21,481 nt of DNA, taken from Oligoflexus sp. (lineage in GTDB: Bacteria > Bdellovibrionota_B > Oligoflexia > Oligoflexales > Oligoflexaceae). The stretch lies in the NCBI GenBank assembly GCA_041736305.1, contig JBGSTX010000061.1:1-21481 (forward strand). Reading direction: 5' to 3'. The notes under the pieces were generated by a model that saw only the letters and a list, made by a program, of their open reading frames with translations, ran no database searches and was not told the DNA's origin. Each line of letters begins with the position of its first letter. Position 1 is the first letter of the stretch. Shown here piece by piece: positions 8,034 to 16,956 of this stretch. Position numbers and translations under genes: made by a program.

Positions 8034-8111
8034 AGTTCTCCCGGGACCTCCACCCCAACAACGTTAGCAGACTCCTCGGCCCTTACCTAGCCCAAAGTAT
8101 TGGGGAGCTCA

Positions 8112-10394
8112 CTACTTGGGCGCCCCTGGCACAATGACCTTTTGTCCAAAAAACGCGTCCCAACGCCGAACCAGCACCTCGAGTGGAAGGAGCAGGAAAA
8201 GTAGGAAACACCACCAATTATCGAGCACCCAGTAGTAGTCAGGCATAAGTTTTTGCTCGGTTTTCTGTGCAATGCCGAGTTTGCCGCTCATACCCCGGAG
8301 CCATTCTCTAGCCGCCCGAGCCGGTTCATCTTCATCAATGAAACTAGCCCCCGTAAGATCGGCAAGCTGCTTAAGGCGGTGAAACGAACCTTCAATGTCT
8401 TTGTCCGCAAAATAGTCGGGCACGATCCCATAAATGGAACTGCGGACGGTTCCAAAGGCGGGATGTTGACCATCGATAGTCAATTCACAGGACGCTCCGC
8501 TAGCGCTAGCACTATTGATGACACCGCTTAGCTGCCATTGATCTGAGCTGACCAACTGCCTAACAATATCTTTGGCCGCTATTTCCTGTCCACAGACGCG
8601 ATAGGTCCATCCATCGCCTTCAGAAAGAAATCGAGCCGCCGGGCCCCTAACCTTGGCCGACCACGACGTCTGCTGGCCCTGGCTTTGCAGAACAAAATCT
8701 TGCAACCACAACGGACGCTGCATCTCCTCGCGGAGCAGCCAGGTCATCGACGCTTTGAGAAAACTATGATAGCCCTCACGCGAGCCCTCCGGTCCTGGAT
8801 TGAGAGCCATCCGCCAAAGATCATCCGAGAAAATCCAAATCGCGCGGCCTTTACCAGGGTATGAAGCTGCTGCTAGCAGACTCTCACGTCCATCTTCTGT
8901 CTCAGCCATGAGCAGGGGGGTAACTCCGGCTTCGGAAAGTTCGACGCGATCCAGACGATGCAGGCCATGATAGCTCTGATTGTCATCAAGTTCGAACTTG
9001 AGAGGCAGCCAGTCGTCAAAAACAGTAGCAAGCAGGCGCTTTTCCCGGTCAGGTTCGGCGGGCTTAATTTTGAAGCTCAGCTTTGGATCGTAGGGAATGG
9101 GACCTTTATCGTTCCATCCAAGAAGTTCATTTCTGTTTTCTGATCTCCCTTTAATTTTAAATGGCAGGAGCGAAGCCAACGGCGACGAGCTCAGATCCAG
9201 CTCGTGCAGGGCGCGAGGACCACCGATGAAGAGTAGTCCCCCTCCCCCTAAGACGAAGTCGACAAGATTCTTTTGATAGGCGGGTTCGAGAAACTGATAA
9301 AGGGAGAAATTCTGAATTACGACGGCTCGAAAGTTAGGTAACTCTTCATTGAAAAGACGTTCGACTGGAAAGGGTATCAAGCTCAGCTCTCGCTCATTGG
9401 TTAGCTGCGTATCGGTCGGATCCCGCAGAATGAAGAAGCTGATCATGTCGTACTTGGGCTCAGACTTTAAATAACGTCGAACAAAACGACCATCCCAGCT
9501 CGGAGCACCTAGAAGATGCAGGAGGCCGATAGTATTGGGGAGGACTTCCAGGCTCTTATAGAGAGTATTGTCCCAAATTGCGGTTTCACTGCCGATCGGC
9601 AAAACCGTAATTTTGACAAGATGACTACCTCGCGCCAGTGGGGGTAGAGGTATCTGGACGGTGAGGCTTTCTTCGCCTGGGCGGAAATTGACGTTCAGCG
9701 AAGCGAGATTTCTTCCGAGCGATGACGCCTGCAACTGTACTGTCAATTCCTGATCTTTTTGGACGCTTCGACGATGGACCGAGACTTCGAGCTCGACCAC
9801 TTTCTGATCGAAGCCAAAGTCTGGACCTGAACCCATTTCAAGCCAGATATTATCCTGCTCGGAATGGGGACTCGCGATAATGAGACCGATAGGCTTGGCA
9901 TTCTGCTGACCAAGGCCCTTCAGCTGAAAGGGCCAAGAAAGGTTCGGCTGAGAGTCACCGCCATCGGAAATCAAAATCCAAGGTTCACCGTGCGTCAGCG
10001 GCAGCCAGCTTTTTACGGCTGGACTGAGAGGCGTGTAGCCCTTGGCTACATCGTCGCTTAAATCCGAAAGTTTGGTGGATTGAAGACGACAGGCAAGTTC
10101 CTTGCAAGATTCGTCAAGCTCTTTGAGCAAGCTTTCCGTATGCCTTTTGCTATCAGAATCTTGCATACTTTTAGAGTCGTCGACGAGCAGATGAATAGTC
10201 TTGAGACTGAGGGAACTCGAAATGGATTCTTTGTCGAGCCGAGGCCAGACAGCAAGCACGATCGGGAGAAGCCAACCGATTCGCAGAATGCTGACGGTCA
10301 GCCCTCGCCTCCAGCCGAATTGCTGAACCCATATCCAGGAGAGAATCGCGACACCGGCCGCGGCAGCCCAGAGAATTTCGTTGAAATCTTGCAC
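8112..10394 (-). CDS. Membrane-anchored protein with vWA-like and GATase1-like domains (MoxR-operon partner)
   Basis: Two N-terminal TM segments, MIDAS-like DDSKSM and SDG, the conserved block SFFILR...ELSLIPFP..LF, FVLGGGGLLFIGG, YPGKGR....SDDLWR and a C-terminal TM with E...RR. The GTG start lies 1 nt after the upstream stop. Confidence 0.75.
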   Translation of the reverse strand: MQDFNEILWAAAAGVAILSWIWVQQFGWRRGLTVSILRIGWLLPIVLAVWPRLDKESISSSLSLKTIHLLVDDSKSMQDSDSKRHTESLLKELDESCKELACRLQSTKLSDLSDDVAKGYTPLSPAVKSWLPLTHGEPWILISDGGDSQPNLSWPFQLKGLGQQNAKPIGLIIASPHSEQDNIWLEMGSGPDFGFDQKVVELEVSVHRRSVQKDQELTVQLQASSLGRNLASLNVNFRPGEESLTVQIPLPPLARGSHLVKITVLPIGSETAIWDNTLYKSLEVLPNTIGLLHLLGAPSWDGRFVRRYLKSEPKYDMISFFILRDPTDTQLTNERELSLIPFPVERLFNEELPNFRAVVIQNFSLYQFLEPAYQKNLVDFVLGGGGLLFIGGPRALHELDLSSSPLASLLPFKIKGRSENRNELLGWNDKGPIPYDPKLSFKIKPAEPDREKRLLATVFDDWLPLKFELDDNQSYHGLHRLDRVELSEAGVTPLLMAETEDGRESLLAAASYPGKGRAIWIFSDDLWRMALNPGPEGSREGYHSFLKASMTWLLREEMQRPLWLQDFVLQSQGQQTSWSAKVRGPAARFLSEGDGWTYRVCGQEIAAKDIVRQLVSSDQWQLSGVINSASASGASCELTIDGQHPAFGTVRSSIYGIVPDYFADKDIEGSFHRLKQLADLTGASFIDEDEPARAAREWLRGMSGKLGIAQKTEQKLMPDYYWVLDNWWCFLLFLLLPLEVLVRRWDAFFGQKVIVPGAPK

Positions 10395-10395
10395 G

Positions 10396-12969
10396 TTAGC
10401 GCAACCTTTTTAAGATTTCTGGAAGGTGGATCTGGTCTTTCTTATAGTCAGTCGCCAGGGACACCATCAGGAGATTGATAAAAACGCGAAGTGCCTGCTC
10501 GCGCGGAAATTTTCCAAAACACGCTGGTTGATTTTGCGCGTCCAAGAGCGATTGGAAGAATTCTCCAGGAACAAGAACCACCGCAATCCGCTGATCGAAG
10601 TGAAAGCCCTCCCACACCCATTCGCCGCACTGAGGCAGTGAGGCGAGGAGATGAAAGCTTCGCATAAGTTCATGATCAGGAGGAATTGGCTTCCAAGCGC
10701 CCTGAGGAATCTGTTCGAGGATCCGGGCTTTAAGTCGCTCGCCACCAGCATGATTCTCCACGATTAGGAAGCCTCCTCGCTGCAACCAGCCGAGCAATTG
10801 GTTCCACTCCCCTTGCTCGAGGCCATCAAGAAGACGAGGATTGAAGCTCCACAGCCAAGGTTCTCTCAGCAGAGCCTTCTCGAAACCGGCGAACTGCTGA
10901 GCATTCTCATCAAAATCGATGCTGGTTCTGGCGCTTATTTCGCGCCTAAGCTGAGACAGGTTCGGAATTTGTGGATAGCCGAGAGCATTCATCTTCACCT
11001 GGGCAAGCCCGGACTCCGGACTGAAGGTGCAGCAGCACAAAATTACCCCAAGTGGCCCGAACCACCGCGCAGCCCAGTGCTTAGCTCGAAAGTAGCGGCC
11101 GAGGGCAAATCCTAGCCCCTCCATATAAAGGGCTATGACGATGAGCAGAAGAAAGAGCATGATCCATGGCCTCGCATCGAGTTCTTGATTGGCCATCGAC
11201 GCTTGCCTGACGAATCCTCGGCTTCCGCTACTAAGTTCGGAAGGAAGCTGATCAAAAGGCAACTGACGTAAAAGGCTTTCCACGAGCGGTACATTACTAG
11301 CGGCGAGACCGGGATCATTCTGATTTAAGGCGATATCCTCGATCCGAGGCCACTGCCCAGCGTCGAGAGTTGCACTTTGACCAGCTCCCATAAATTGCAG
11401 AAGGGAGCGCACCATAAGTGGCAACTGCCCAAAGGAAACGCCTCCCTTTCGCATTGGATTCAGCGGGAGTGTGAAAGCGAGAATCCTGAGTTTCAGGGCG
11501 GGATTTTTAAGGTTCATAGCGAGTGCACCCATCGGACTATTGATTTCGCCTCCCAGCTGACTAGCACCTAAAGATTGCAAAACCCCGACGTACTGATCAC
11601 GATTTTCGAGATTTTCGCAGTAAGCCGGTCGGTTGGGGATTTCTTCAGGGGCTTTGGCTAGACTGGCGAAACAGTGGCAAATTTCTGAAAAATTATTGAG
11701 GTCCGAGCTGGGCACTAACCAGATTTGCATGTCTTGCAAGCGATTTCCCCTCCCCTTTCCCAGTAAGGAGCTGGGGCAAAATTCACTCCGACTTGCCTCC
11801 GGCGAAACCTCACTAATGAGCAGAGAAGGCTTGACCCACGATGCATCGCTAGGCTGCAGCTTATCGATTCGCTGCGTTCGGTAAGCGAGGACATCTAGAC
11901 TCGTACGCAAGTGGAAGACGGAATCTTCCAAAAACATTTCACCGCGTGGTTTAGCGACCAGAAGGGCCTTCTGTCCCTTCACGGCGAGCCAAGTGCGAAA
12001 AGTATTGTCGATCAGCAGATCCTCGGGCCCCTGGGCGCTGAGGATCCACTGGAGTTCCAATGGCTCTTCGTCCTTCGATGCTGTGACGCTGCTTGGATTT
12101 ATCTGCATATCAAATTCAACGGTCTTTGCGGCAGGCTCGAACTGCCAGTTTTGGGTCCCGAGAGTCTTTCCTTCAGCTTGGACCGTAAGAGTGCCACTGA
12201 GGGTCTTGCCCTGTCCACTGCGACGAAGCACGACCGTCCACCCTTGAATTTGGGCTCCCGCTACAGTTTCTTTAGGCTTCAGTTCATCTATGAATATATT
12301 GTCGAGAGCAGGGCGATTTTTTTGCAAGGGAAACCACGATACCTGCACCTTTTTCTCAAGATACTGCCAGTTGAAGTCTTCCCAGCTCGCTTGATCGCGA
12401 TCCGAAGCGACTATAAGATGTTCGATTTGAGGTGCATTCCTTAAAATGGCATCTACGGAAGATCCGAGTTTGAGTCCAGCTCGATGAAAGCCGCTCTCAT
12501 TGATGAGAGCCCTCACTGAGTCGATCTCCGAGGCAGAACGAATGACACCATCGGACGACAGGCTGAAGCTCATGCGCGTATTGGCTCTCAAAGAGCCTAG
12601 GAGCTCAGCAGCGGCGGTTCCGTACTGGGAGCTTGTTATGCCAAGGGACATCGAAGGACTCAGATCAAAGATCACGTGGGTGGGACGAAGATCGATAGTT
12701 TCGCCTTTGATAACAGTCTCGGTCGGTTCAAAAACATAGAGACCCAGAGCCAAACTAGCTAAGAAGAAGCAAAGCAGTGGCCAGAGAGGTGGCAAAACCC
12801 AGCGAAGTTTGGGGAGCACCGTCAGTTCCAAATCGATGACGCGCAGGACCGGCAACCAAACCCTTTCCTTTTGCCGCCGGACGATAAACCAAAGGACGAG
12901 GCCGCTTATGATCAGAGCCAAGGCCGCGAGGCCGCTCGCACGGGGCATCCAAGACAAACCTTCCATCAT
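10396..12969 (-). CDS. BatA-like N-terminus + vWA + C-terminal DUF4159 fusion protein
   Basis: N-terminal two-TM BatA-like region, MIDAS-like DLSPSM and SD. The C-terminal domain has WLQRGGFLIVE, IPPDHELMRSFHLL and LATDYKKDQIHLPEILKRL, typical of DUF4159. Confidence 0.75.
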   Translation of the reverse strand: MMEGLSWMPRASGLAALALIISGLVLWFIVRRQKERVWLPVLRVIDLELTVLPKLRWVLPPLWPLLCFFLASLALGLYVFEPTETVIKGETIDLRPTHVIFDLSPSMSLGITSSQYGTAAAELLGSLRANTRMSFSLSSDGVIRSASEIDSVRALINESGFHRAGLKLGSSVDAILRNAPQIEHLIVASDRDQASWEDFNWQYLEKKVQVSWFPLQKNRPALDNIFIDELKPKETVAGAQIQGWTVVLRRSGQGKTLSGTLTVQAEGKTLGTQNWQFEPAAKTVEFDMQINPSSVTASKDEEPLELQWILSAQGPEDLLIDNTFRTWLAVKGQKALLVAKPRGEMFLEDSVFHLRTSLDVLAYRTQRIDKLQPSDASWVKPSLLISEVSPEASRSEFCPSSLLGKGRGNRLQDMQIWLVPSSDLNNFSEICHCFASLAKAPEEIPNRPAYCENLENRDQYVGVLQSLGASQLGGEINSPMGALAMNLKNPALKLRILAFTLPLNPMRKGGVSFGQLPLMVRSLLQFMGAGQSATLDAGQWPRIEDIALNQNDPGLAASNVPLVESLLRQLPFDQLPSELSSGSRGFVRQASMANQELDARPWIMLFLLLIVIALYMEGLGFALGRYFRAKHWAARWFGPLGVILCCCTFSPESGLAQVKMNALGYPQIPNLSQLRREISARTSIDFDENAQQFAGFEKALLREPWLWSFNPRLLDGLEQGEWNQLLGWLQRGGFLIVENHAGGERLKARILEQIPQGAWKPIPPDHELMRSFHLLASLPQCGEWVWEGFHFDQRIAVVLVPGEFFQSLLDAQNQPACFGKFPREQALRVFINLLMVSLATDYKKDQIHLPEILKRLR

Positions 12970-13913
12970 GGGACCGCACCTCCGCGCCCAAAGTTAAGCA
13001 GCCCCCAAGGTTGCTCGAGACTACTTAGAAAGCTCCTGATCGGTGTCTCATCATGGACGAGCAGATGGTGCCGATGCGAGCGGAGCCAGCTTCGCTGTGC
13101 TTCTTCTTGCCAGCGCTCTAAAGCTCGCAGGAGATTTTGCTGCTGCAGCAGGGCCGAACCCGTATACTCGCGTGAAGTGCCACTTTCATCGAAGTAGCAG
13201 TCCTCAGGTTTTAACCATGAGGGATCAATTTCGAGCGACGAGAGGACTTGCAGCCAGCAGGCATAGGGCCCCTTTTTTTGCAAGAGCCAGTCGGGTATGC
13301 CGCTGAACCCATCACTAACCCAGAACATGAGATCACAGCGTTCCTCGCGAATATATTCTAGCGAGCGAGTTTCATGTGTTTCCCAGGATTTTTCCGAGAA
13401 ATCCGACTTCAAGACTTTATCGAAAAGGATCGCGGCATCCGTCTGTGAACGCAGGTTGAGACTTTCCGCCCGGTTTTCCCTCAGCCGATAGACCTTGACC
13501 CGATCTCCCCATCGGAGACACTGGTAAGCCAGGTGAAAAGTAATCCGCAGTACTAGCTCCCGCTTGGTGCAGACAGGACGTGCAAGCTTCTCGAGAAGGG
13601 GCTTATCCGGCCAAGAAAGGGTGGGGCTGTCCTCGACCAATAGCATGACCCGGCAACTCGCTTCATCATTTTGCTCGCGGACGATAAGCTGCTCATTCCG
13701 CGCAAAAGCCCGCCAATCGATGAGGTGGATGGGATCACCGGCGGTATAGCGGCGGCTGTTGGCAGGCAGTCTGGTGGCACGCATGAGATTGAGGCGCTGG
13801 CTGCCGTGAAAGCGAGACAGGGGGACGTAACGCTGATGACTTGGCTCAAAGCCATGATAAGGCGTCAGCTGCCCAAGAAGGGGAGTCCCGGAAGTTTCCT
13901 GCATCAGAGCCAT
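12966..13913 (-). CDS. DUF58 domain protein (divergent)
   Basis: RRYTAGDPIHLIDWRAFARNEQLIVRE core and a later SDG. Directly downstream of moxR with a 10-nt overlap. Confidence 0.85.
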   Translation of the reverse strand: MALMQETSGTPLLGQLTPYHGFEPSHQRYVPLSRFHGSQRLNLMRATRLPANSRRYTAGDPIHLIDWRAFARNEQLIVREQNDEASCRVMLLVEDSPTLSWPDKPLLEKLARPVCTKRELVLRITFHLAYQCLRWGDRVKVYRLRENRAESLNLRSQTDAAILFDKVLKSDFSEKSWETHETRSLEYIREERCDLMFWVSDGFSGIPDWLLQKKGPYACWLQVLSSLEIDPSWLKPEDCYFDESGTSREYTGSALLQQQNLLRALERWQEEAQRSWLRSHRHHLLVHDETPIRSFLSSLEQPWGLLNFGRGGAVP

Positions 13914-14950
13914 CCTTTTGCAGCTAGCTGCGCACTCTCTTCGATATAGTTGAGCAAGGCTTCAATGAAGTGGTCTTCGGCATTGCGCTCCCCCTGGGCC
14001 TGTGCAGCCAAGCGAACCCGATGCCTGAGCACGGGTTTGGCCACACGACGTACATGGCGCCAGCGCACGGTATCAGTACCCTCCAAGAGGGCCAGAGCGC
14101 GGCTCGCCGAAAGGAGACTGATGCCAGCTCGCGGTCCCGCACCGTACCAAACCAAATGCCGCAAGTGTTCAGGGCAGCCGCCCTCTACGGGCCTGGTAGC
14201 CCTTACGAATGTGTTGATCGTGCCGACGATCTCATCCGGCACGGCAATCATTTTCTGAGCAGCGATAAGACCCCTAATTCCTGAGGCTGAAAGCTTCGGC
14301 GTCGAACGCGTGCTTTCGCTCCCCGCTCGCTGTTCACCGATCAGGCTGCTTTGCACATGTGCGGAGAGAATTTTATGCTCGGCATCGACTTCGGGATAAT
14401 GGACCAGCGAATGAATCAGAAAGCGGTCAAGCTGAGCTTCAGGCAGAGGAAAGGTTCCCTCCGATTCAAATGGATTTTGCGTTGCAAAAACCATAAAGGG
14501 CTCAGGGAGTATATGGACTTGACCACTGACTGTGCAGGTTCGCTCTTGCATGGCTTCAAGCAAAGCCGATTGCGTCCGCGGCGAAGCGCGATTGATCTCG
14601 TCGGCTAAGAGAAGGTTGACGAAGACTGGACCTTTGGCGAACTCAAAGGCCTTCCTGCCGCTATCTGGATCGATGTTGAGGATATCAGAGCCGATAATAT
14701 CGCTCGGCAGCAGATCAGGCGTAAACTGTACCCGACCGAACTGCAGCTGAAGATGCATGGCGAAAACTCGGACGAGTGAGGTTTTTGCCAGGCCTGGGGC
14801 TCCCGTCATCAGGATGTGCCCACCAGATAAGAGGCAGCATATCGCCTCCGTGATCAGCTCTTCCTGTCCAAAGATGGATTCCGCAACCGCTGCTTTGAGA
14901 TCCTTGACCGAACGCGCTGCCTCTTCTAGTGACATCGTCTCGTTTTGCAT
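13904..14950 (-). CDS. moxR: MoxR-family AAA+ ATPase
   Basis: Walker A GAPGLAKT, RVQFTPDLLPSDI, Walker B LLADEINRA..RTQSALLEAMQE and ATQNP.E.EGTFPLPEAQLDRF. Confidence 0.96.
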   Translation of the reverse strand: MQNETMSLEEAARSVKDLKAAVAESIFGQEELITEAICCLLSGGHILMTGAPGLAKTSLVRVFAMHLQLQFGRVQFTPDLLPSDIIGSDILNIDPDSGRKAFEFAKGPVFVNLLLADEINRASPRTQSALLEAMQERTCTVSGQVHILPEPFMVFATQNPFESEGTFPLPEAQLDRFLIHSLVHYPEVDAEHKILSAHVQSSLIGEQRAGSESTRSTPKLSASGIRGLIAAQKMIAVPDEIVGTINTFVRATRPVEGGCPEHLRHLVWYGAGPRAGISLLSASRALALLEGTDTVRWRHVRRVAKPVLRHRVRLAAQAQGERNAEDHFIEALLNYIEESAQLAAKGWL

Positions 14951-14992
14951 AGAACCCCAGCCTTTCGCATGATCTTAAAAAAATGACTCCCT

Positions 14993-15022
14993 ATCCTACC
15001 CCGGAGCTTAGGGTCGGCTCAA
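14993..15022 (-). promoter_or_regulatory. Candidate sigma70 promoter for the moxR operon
   Basis: TTGAGC-N18-TAGGAT on the minus strand, 42 nt upstream of the ATG. Confidence 0.3.
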
Positions 15023-15119
15023 GAAGATGTCCCTCGCCCCGCTAGTAAGAAAGCCGCTAAAGACTTGCTGGATATCGACTCGAGCTTTCTCAGGACCAAA
15101 TTTTATAAAGGAAGTGCAG

Positions 15120-15311
15120 ATGCGACTCTTTTTTCCCAACCCGGAAACCGGCGGGGCCGCCCTTGAATACATCGTCGTCTCGATTTTTGGCCTATTCCTG
15201 GCCGTCGCAGCTATCGCTTTTGTCTCCCAAGCCGCTAAACAGAAGATGGCGACCGTAGAGGAGAAGCTAGGGATTCAATTCGATCTTTCAAGTTTGAATC
15301 CTTTTGAATAG
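15120..15311 (+). CDS. Flp/Tad-type pilin
   Basis: From ATG 15120 (SD AAAGGAAG) it is 63 aa: MRLFFPNPETG|GAALEY followed by a hydrophobic helix. This matches the Flp G|xxxxEY prepilin motif and size. The ORF-track start at 15027 is probably too long. Confidence 0.75.
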   Translation: MRLFFPNPETGGAALEYIVVSIFGLFLAVAAIAFVSQAAKQKMATVEEKLGIQFDLSSLNPFE

Positions 15312-15702
15312 AGCCAGTCCTTATTGCGCGCATAAGCCTGCCGAGGACAGGAGGTTATATTTAGTTATGTCACAATTGTTGTTATGGCTGCTCGTCTTAC
15401 TTGCTGCTTTGGACATCACGACTCGAGCCGAGAATAGCAGTCGTAAGCTACAAGCTCTTCTCGAACTGAGGCGACAGATCCTGGCCGAGCCCGAGGCAGC
15501 TCGCCTCCAGTTCTGCGAAAAACTAGAAGCAGAGGGTCCGCGTCTCAGCTGGCGTGAGCAGGGGAGCTGGACCTCCGCATGTTCGCACGCGAACCAATCT
15601 AGGGGTTTGCCTCGGTATTGGAGGCTAGAAGCCCGCCTTAAATACGGGATGCTTTTTCTTTTCGAGCTGCCTATAAGGGTTTCTATCGTGATTTTAGCTT
15701 GA
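15304..15702 (+). CDS. Small hypothetical single-pass membrane protein
   Basis: Overlaps the pilin stop and fills the gap to the next gene. Has an N-terminal hydrophobic helix (LLLWLLVLLAAL) and a Cys pair. The start is uncertain (TTG 15304 or ATG 15367). Confidence 0.5.
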   Translation: MNRASPYCAHKPAEDRRLYLVMSQLLLWLLVLLAALDITTRAENSSRKLQALLELRRQILAEPEAARLQFCEKLEAEGPRLSWREQGSWTSACSHANQSRGLPRYWRLEARLKYGMLFLFELPIRVSIVILA

Positions 15703-15710
15703 AGGCTTTT

Positions 15711-16007
15711 ATGTACTTTGTAGTGACAAAGCTTATGTTTGAAAGTCAGCAGACCGCTCGCGATGCGCGAGAACTCAGTCAGCTCGTCGAAAAGTTGCGC
15801 CAACGTTTTCGTATCAGCATCCAAATTGCCGATGAATTTCACAAGTCTGGCCAGGCTGGGATCATGCTTGCAGCTATCCATAGCCAGGAGGAGCATCTGA
15901 GCAAGCTTGTCGATGACGTCGCTGCAGCTTGTGAGAGCTTCGGGCGCATTCATTCCGAAAGCACCATCTTCGAAGACTTCGAAGCGTTTAATGAAGATTA
16001 CGAGTAA
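15711..16007 (+). CDS. Divergent DUF503 (YlxP-like) family protein
   Basis: 98 aa from ATG 15711 (SD GAAGG). LVEKLRQRFRISI...QAGIMLAAIHSQEEHLSKLVDDV parallels the DUF503 pattern L.+LR.RFNVSV...RA.IG.A.VS....H....LD.V (by eye). Confidence 0.55.
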   Translation: MYFVVTKLMFESQQTARDARELSQLVEKLRQRFRISIQIADEFHKSGQAGIMLAAIHSQEEHLSKLVDDVAAACESFGRIHSESTIFEDFEAFNEDYE

Positions 16008-16028
16008 GATCGAAAAAGGAAGACGACT

Positions 16029-16835
16029 ATGGGAATCTTAGCCGCTAAGAAGGGCGTTATCATGGGGGTTGCGAACGAGCGCTCCATCGCTACGGCCGTC
16101 GCACGCACTCTCTTCAAAGAAGGTGCTACTCTCGCTTTCAGCTATCTCCCCGATACGGGAGAACGCAATCGGAACGAAAGCCGGGTGCGGAGCGTCACAG
16201 AAAGCCTTGAGCCTCGCTTGATAGCGCCTTGCGATGTAACTAGCGACGCTGACATTGAGCGCTTCTTCCAAGAGGTCCAAGACAAAATGGGACCTTTGGA
16301 CTTCCTCGTCCACTCCATAGCTTTTGCACCGACGGAAGACCTCAAGCTACCCACTCATTGCGCAAGTCGCCTGGGGTTTGCCCAAGCTATGGATGTCAGC
16401 GTATACAGCTTCCTTGCTGTAGCTCGGGCGGCCGCTCGTTACATGCCAGAAGGAGGTAGCATCTGTGCTATGACTTATTATGGCGGCGAAAAGGTAATGC
16501 CTGGTTACAATCTCATGGGAGTATGTAAAGCTGCGCTCGACGCTGCGGTTCGCTATACCGCCTCCGAATTAGGCCCTCAACGTATACGGGTGAACGCCAT
16601 CAGCGCTGGACCTATCAAGACCTTGGCCTCTTCTGCGGTCGGCGACTTCAAAAAAACTCTCGGTCTCTATCAACAGACAGCTCCTCTAAAATCTAATGTC
16701 ACCGCCGACGATGTAGGTGCGGCTAGCGCTTTTTTACTAAGCGATTACGCGCGGATGACAACCGGCGAAATCCTGCATGTGGACGCCGGCTTCCATGTGA
16801 TGGGAGTGACTCAAGAAGCGGAGCCAAGCAGCTGA
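16029..16835 (+). CDS. fabI: Enoyl-ACP reductase FabI
   Basis: GVANERSIA, VHSIAFAP, catalytic YNLMGVCKAAL, NAISAGPIKTLA and TGEILHVDAG. Confidence 0.96.
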   Translation: MGILAAKKGVIMGVANERSIATAVARTLFKEGATLAFSYLPDTGERNRNESRVRSVTESLEPRLIAPCDVTSDADIERFFQEVQDKMGPLDFLVHSIAFAPTEDLKLPTHCASRLGFAQAMDVSVYSFLAVARAAARYMPEGGSICAMTYYGGEKVMPGYNLMGVCKAALDAAVRYTASELGPQRIRVNAISAGPIKTLASSAVGDFKKTLGLYQQTAPLKSNVTADDVGAASAFLLSDYARMTTGEILHVDAGFHVMGVTQEAEPSS

Positions 16836-16956
16836 GGGATGTTTCGCCTCAATTCGAAGGATCTTTAATTGTGCGATAAGCTATAGTTTGCGAAGATCAG
16901 GTCCGACACCAAGTCCAAGAGAAATTCCGTACTTGCCTTTTGGGACAGGATCTTCG

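Noticed and set aside
15019..15045. Second sigma28-like site upstream of the pilin (TCAAGAAG-N11-CCCGCTAG)
   Set aside because: Spacing fits, but the -10 lacks the core CGA; too weak to call.
15321..15953. 210-aa minus-strand ORF
   Set aside because: Antisense to two co-oriented genes that fit the plus-strand run. Its Ser/Arg-rich half is typical of a shadow frame.
16853..16887. TGCGATAA and TATAGT promoter-like boxes before the ABC genes
   Set aside because: No matching -35 at the correct spacing for either sigma factor.
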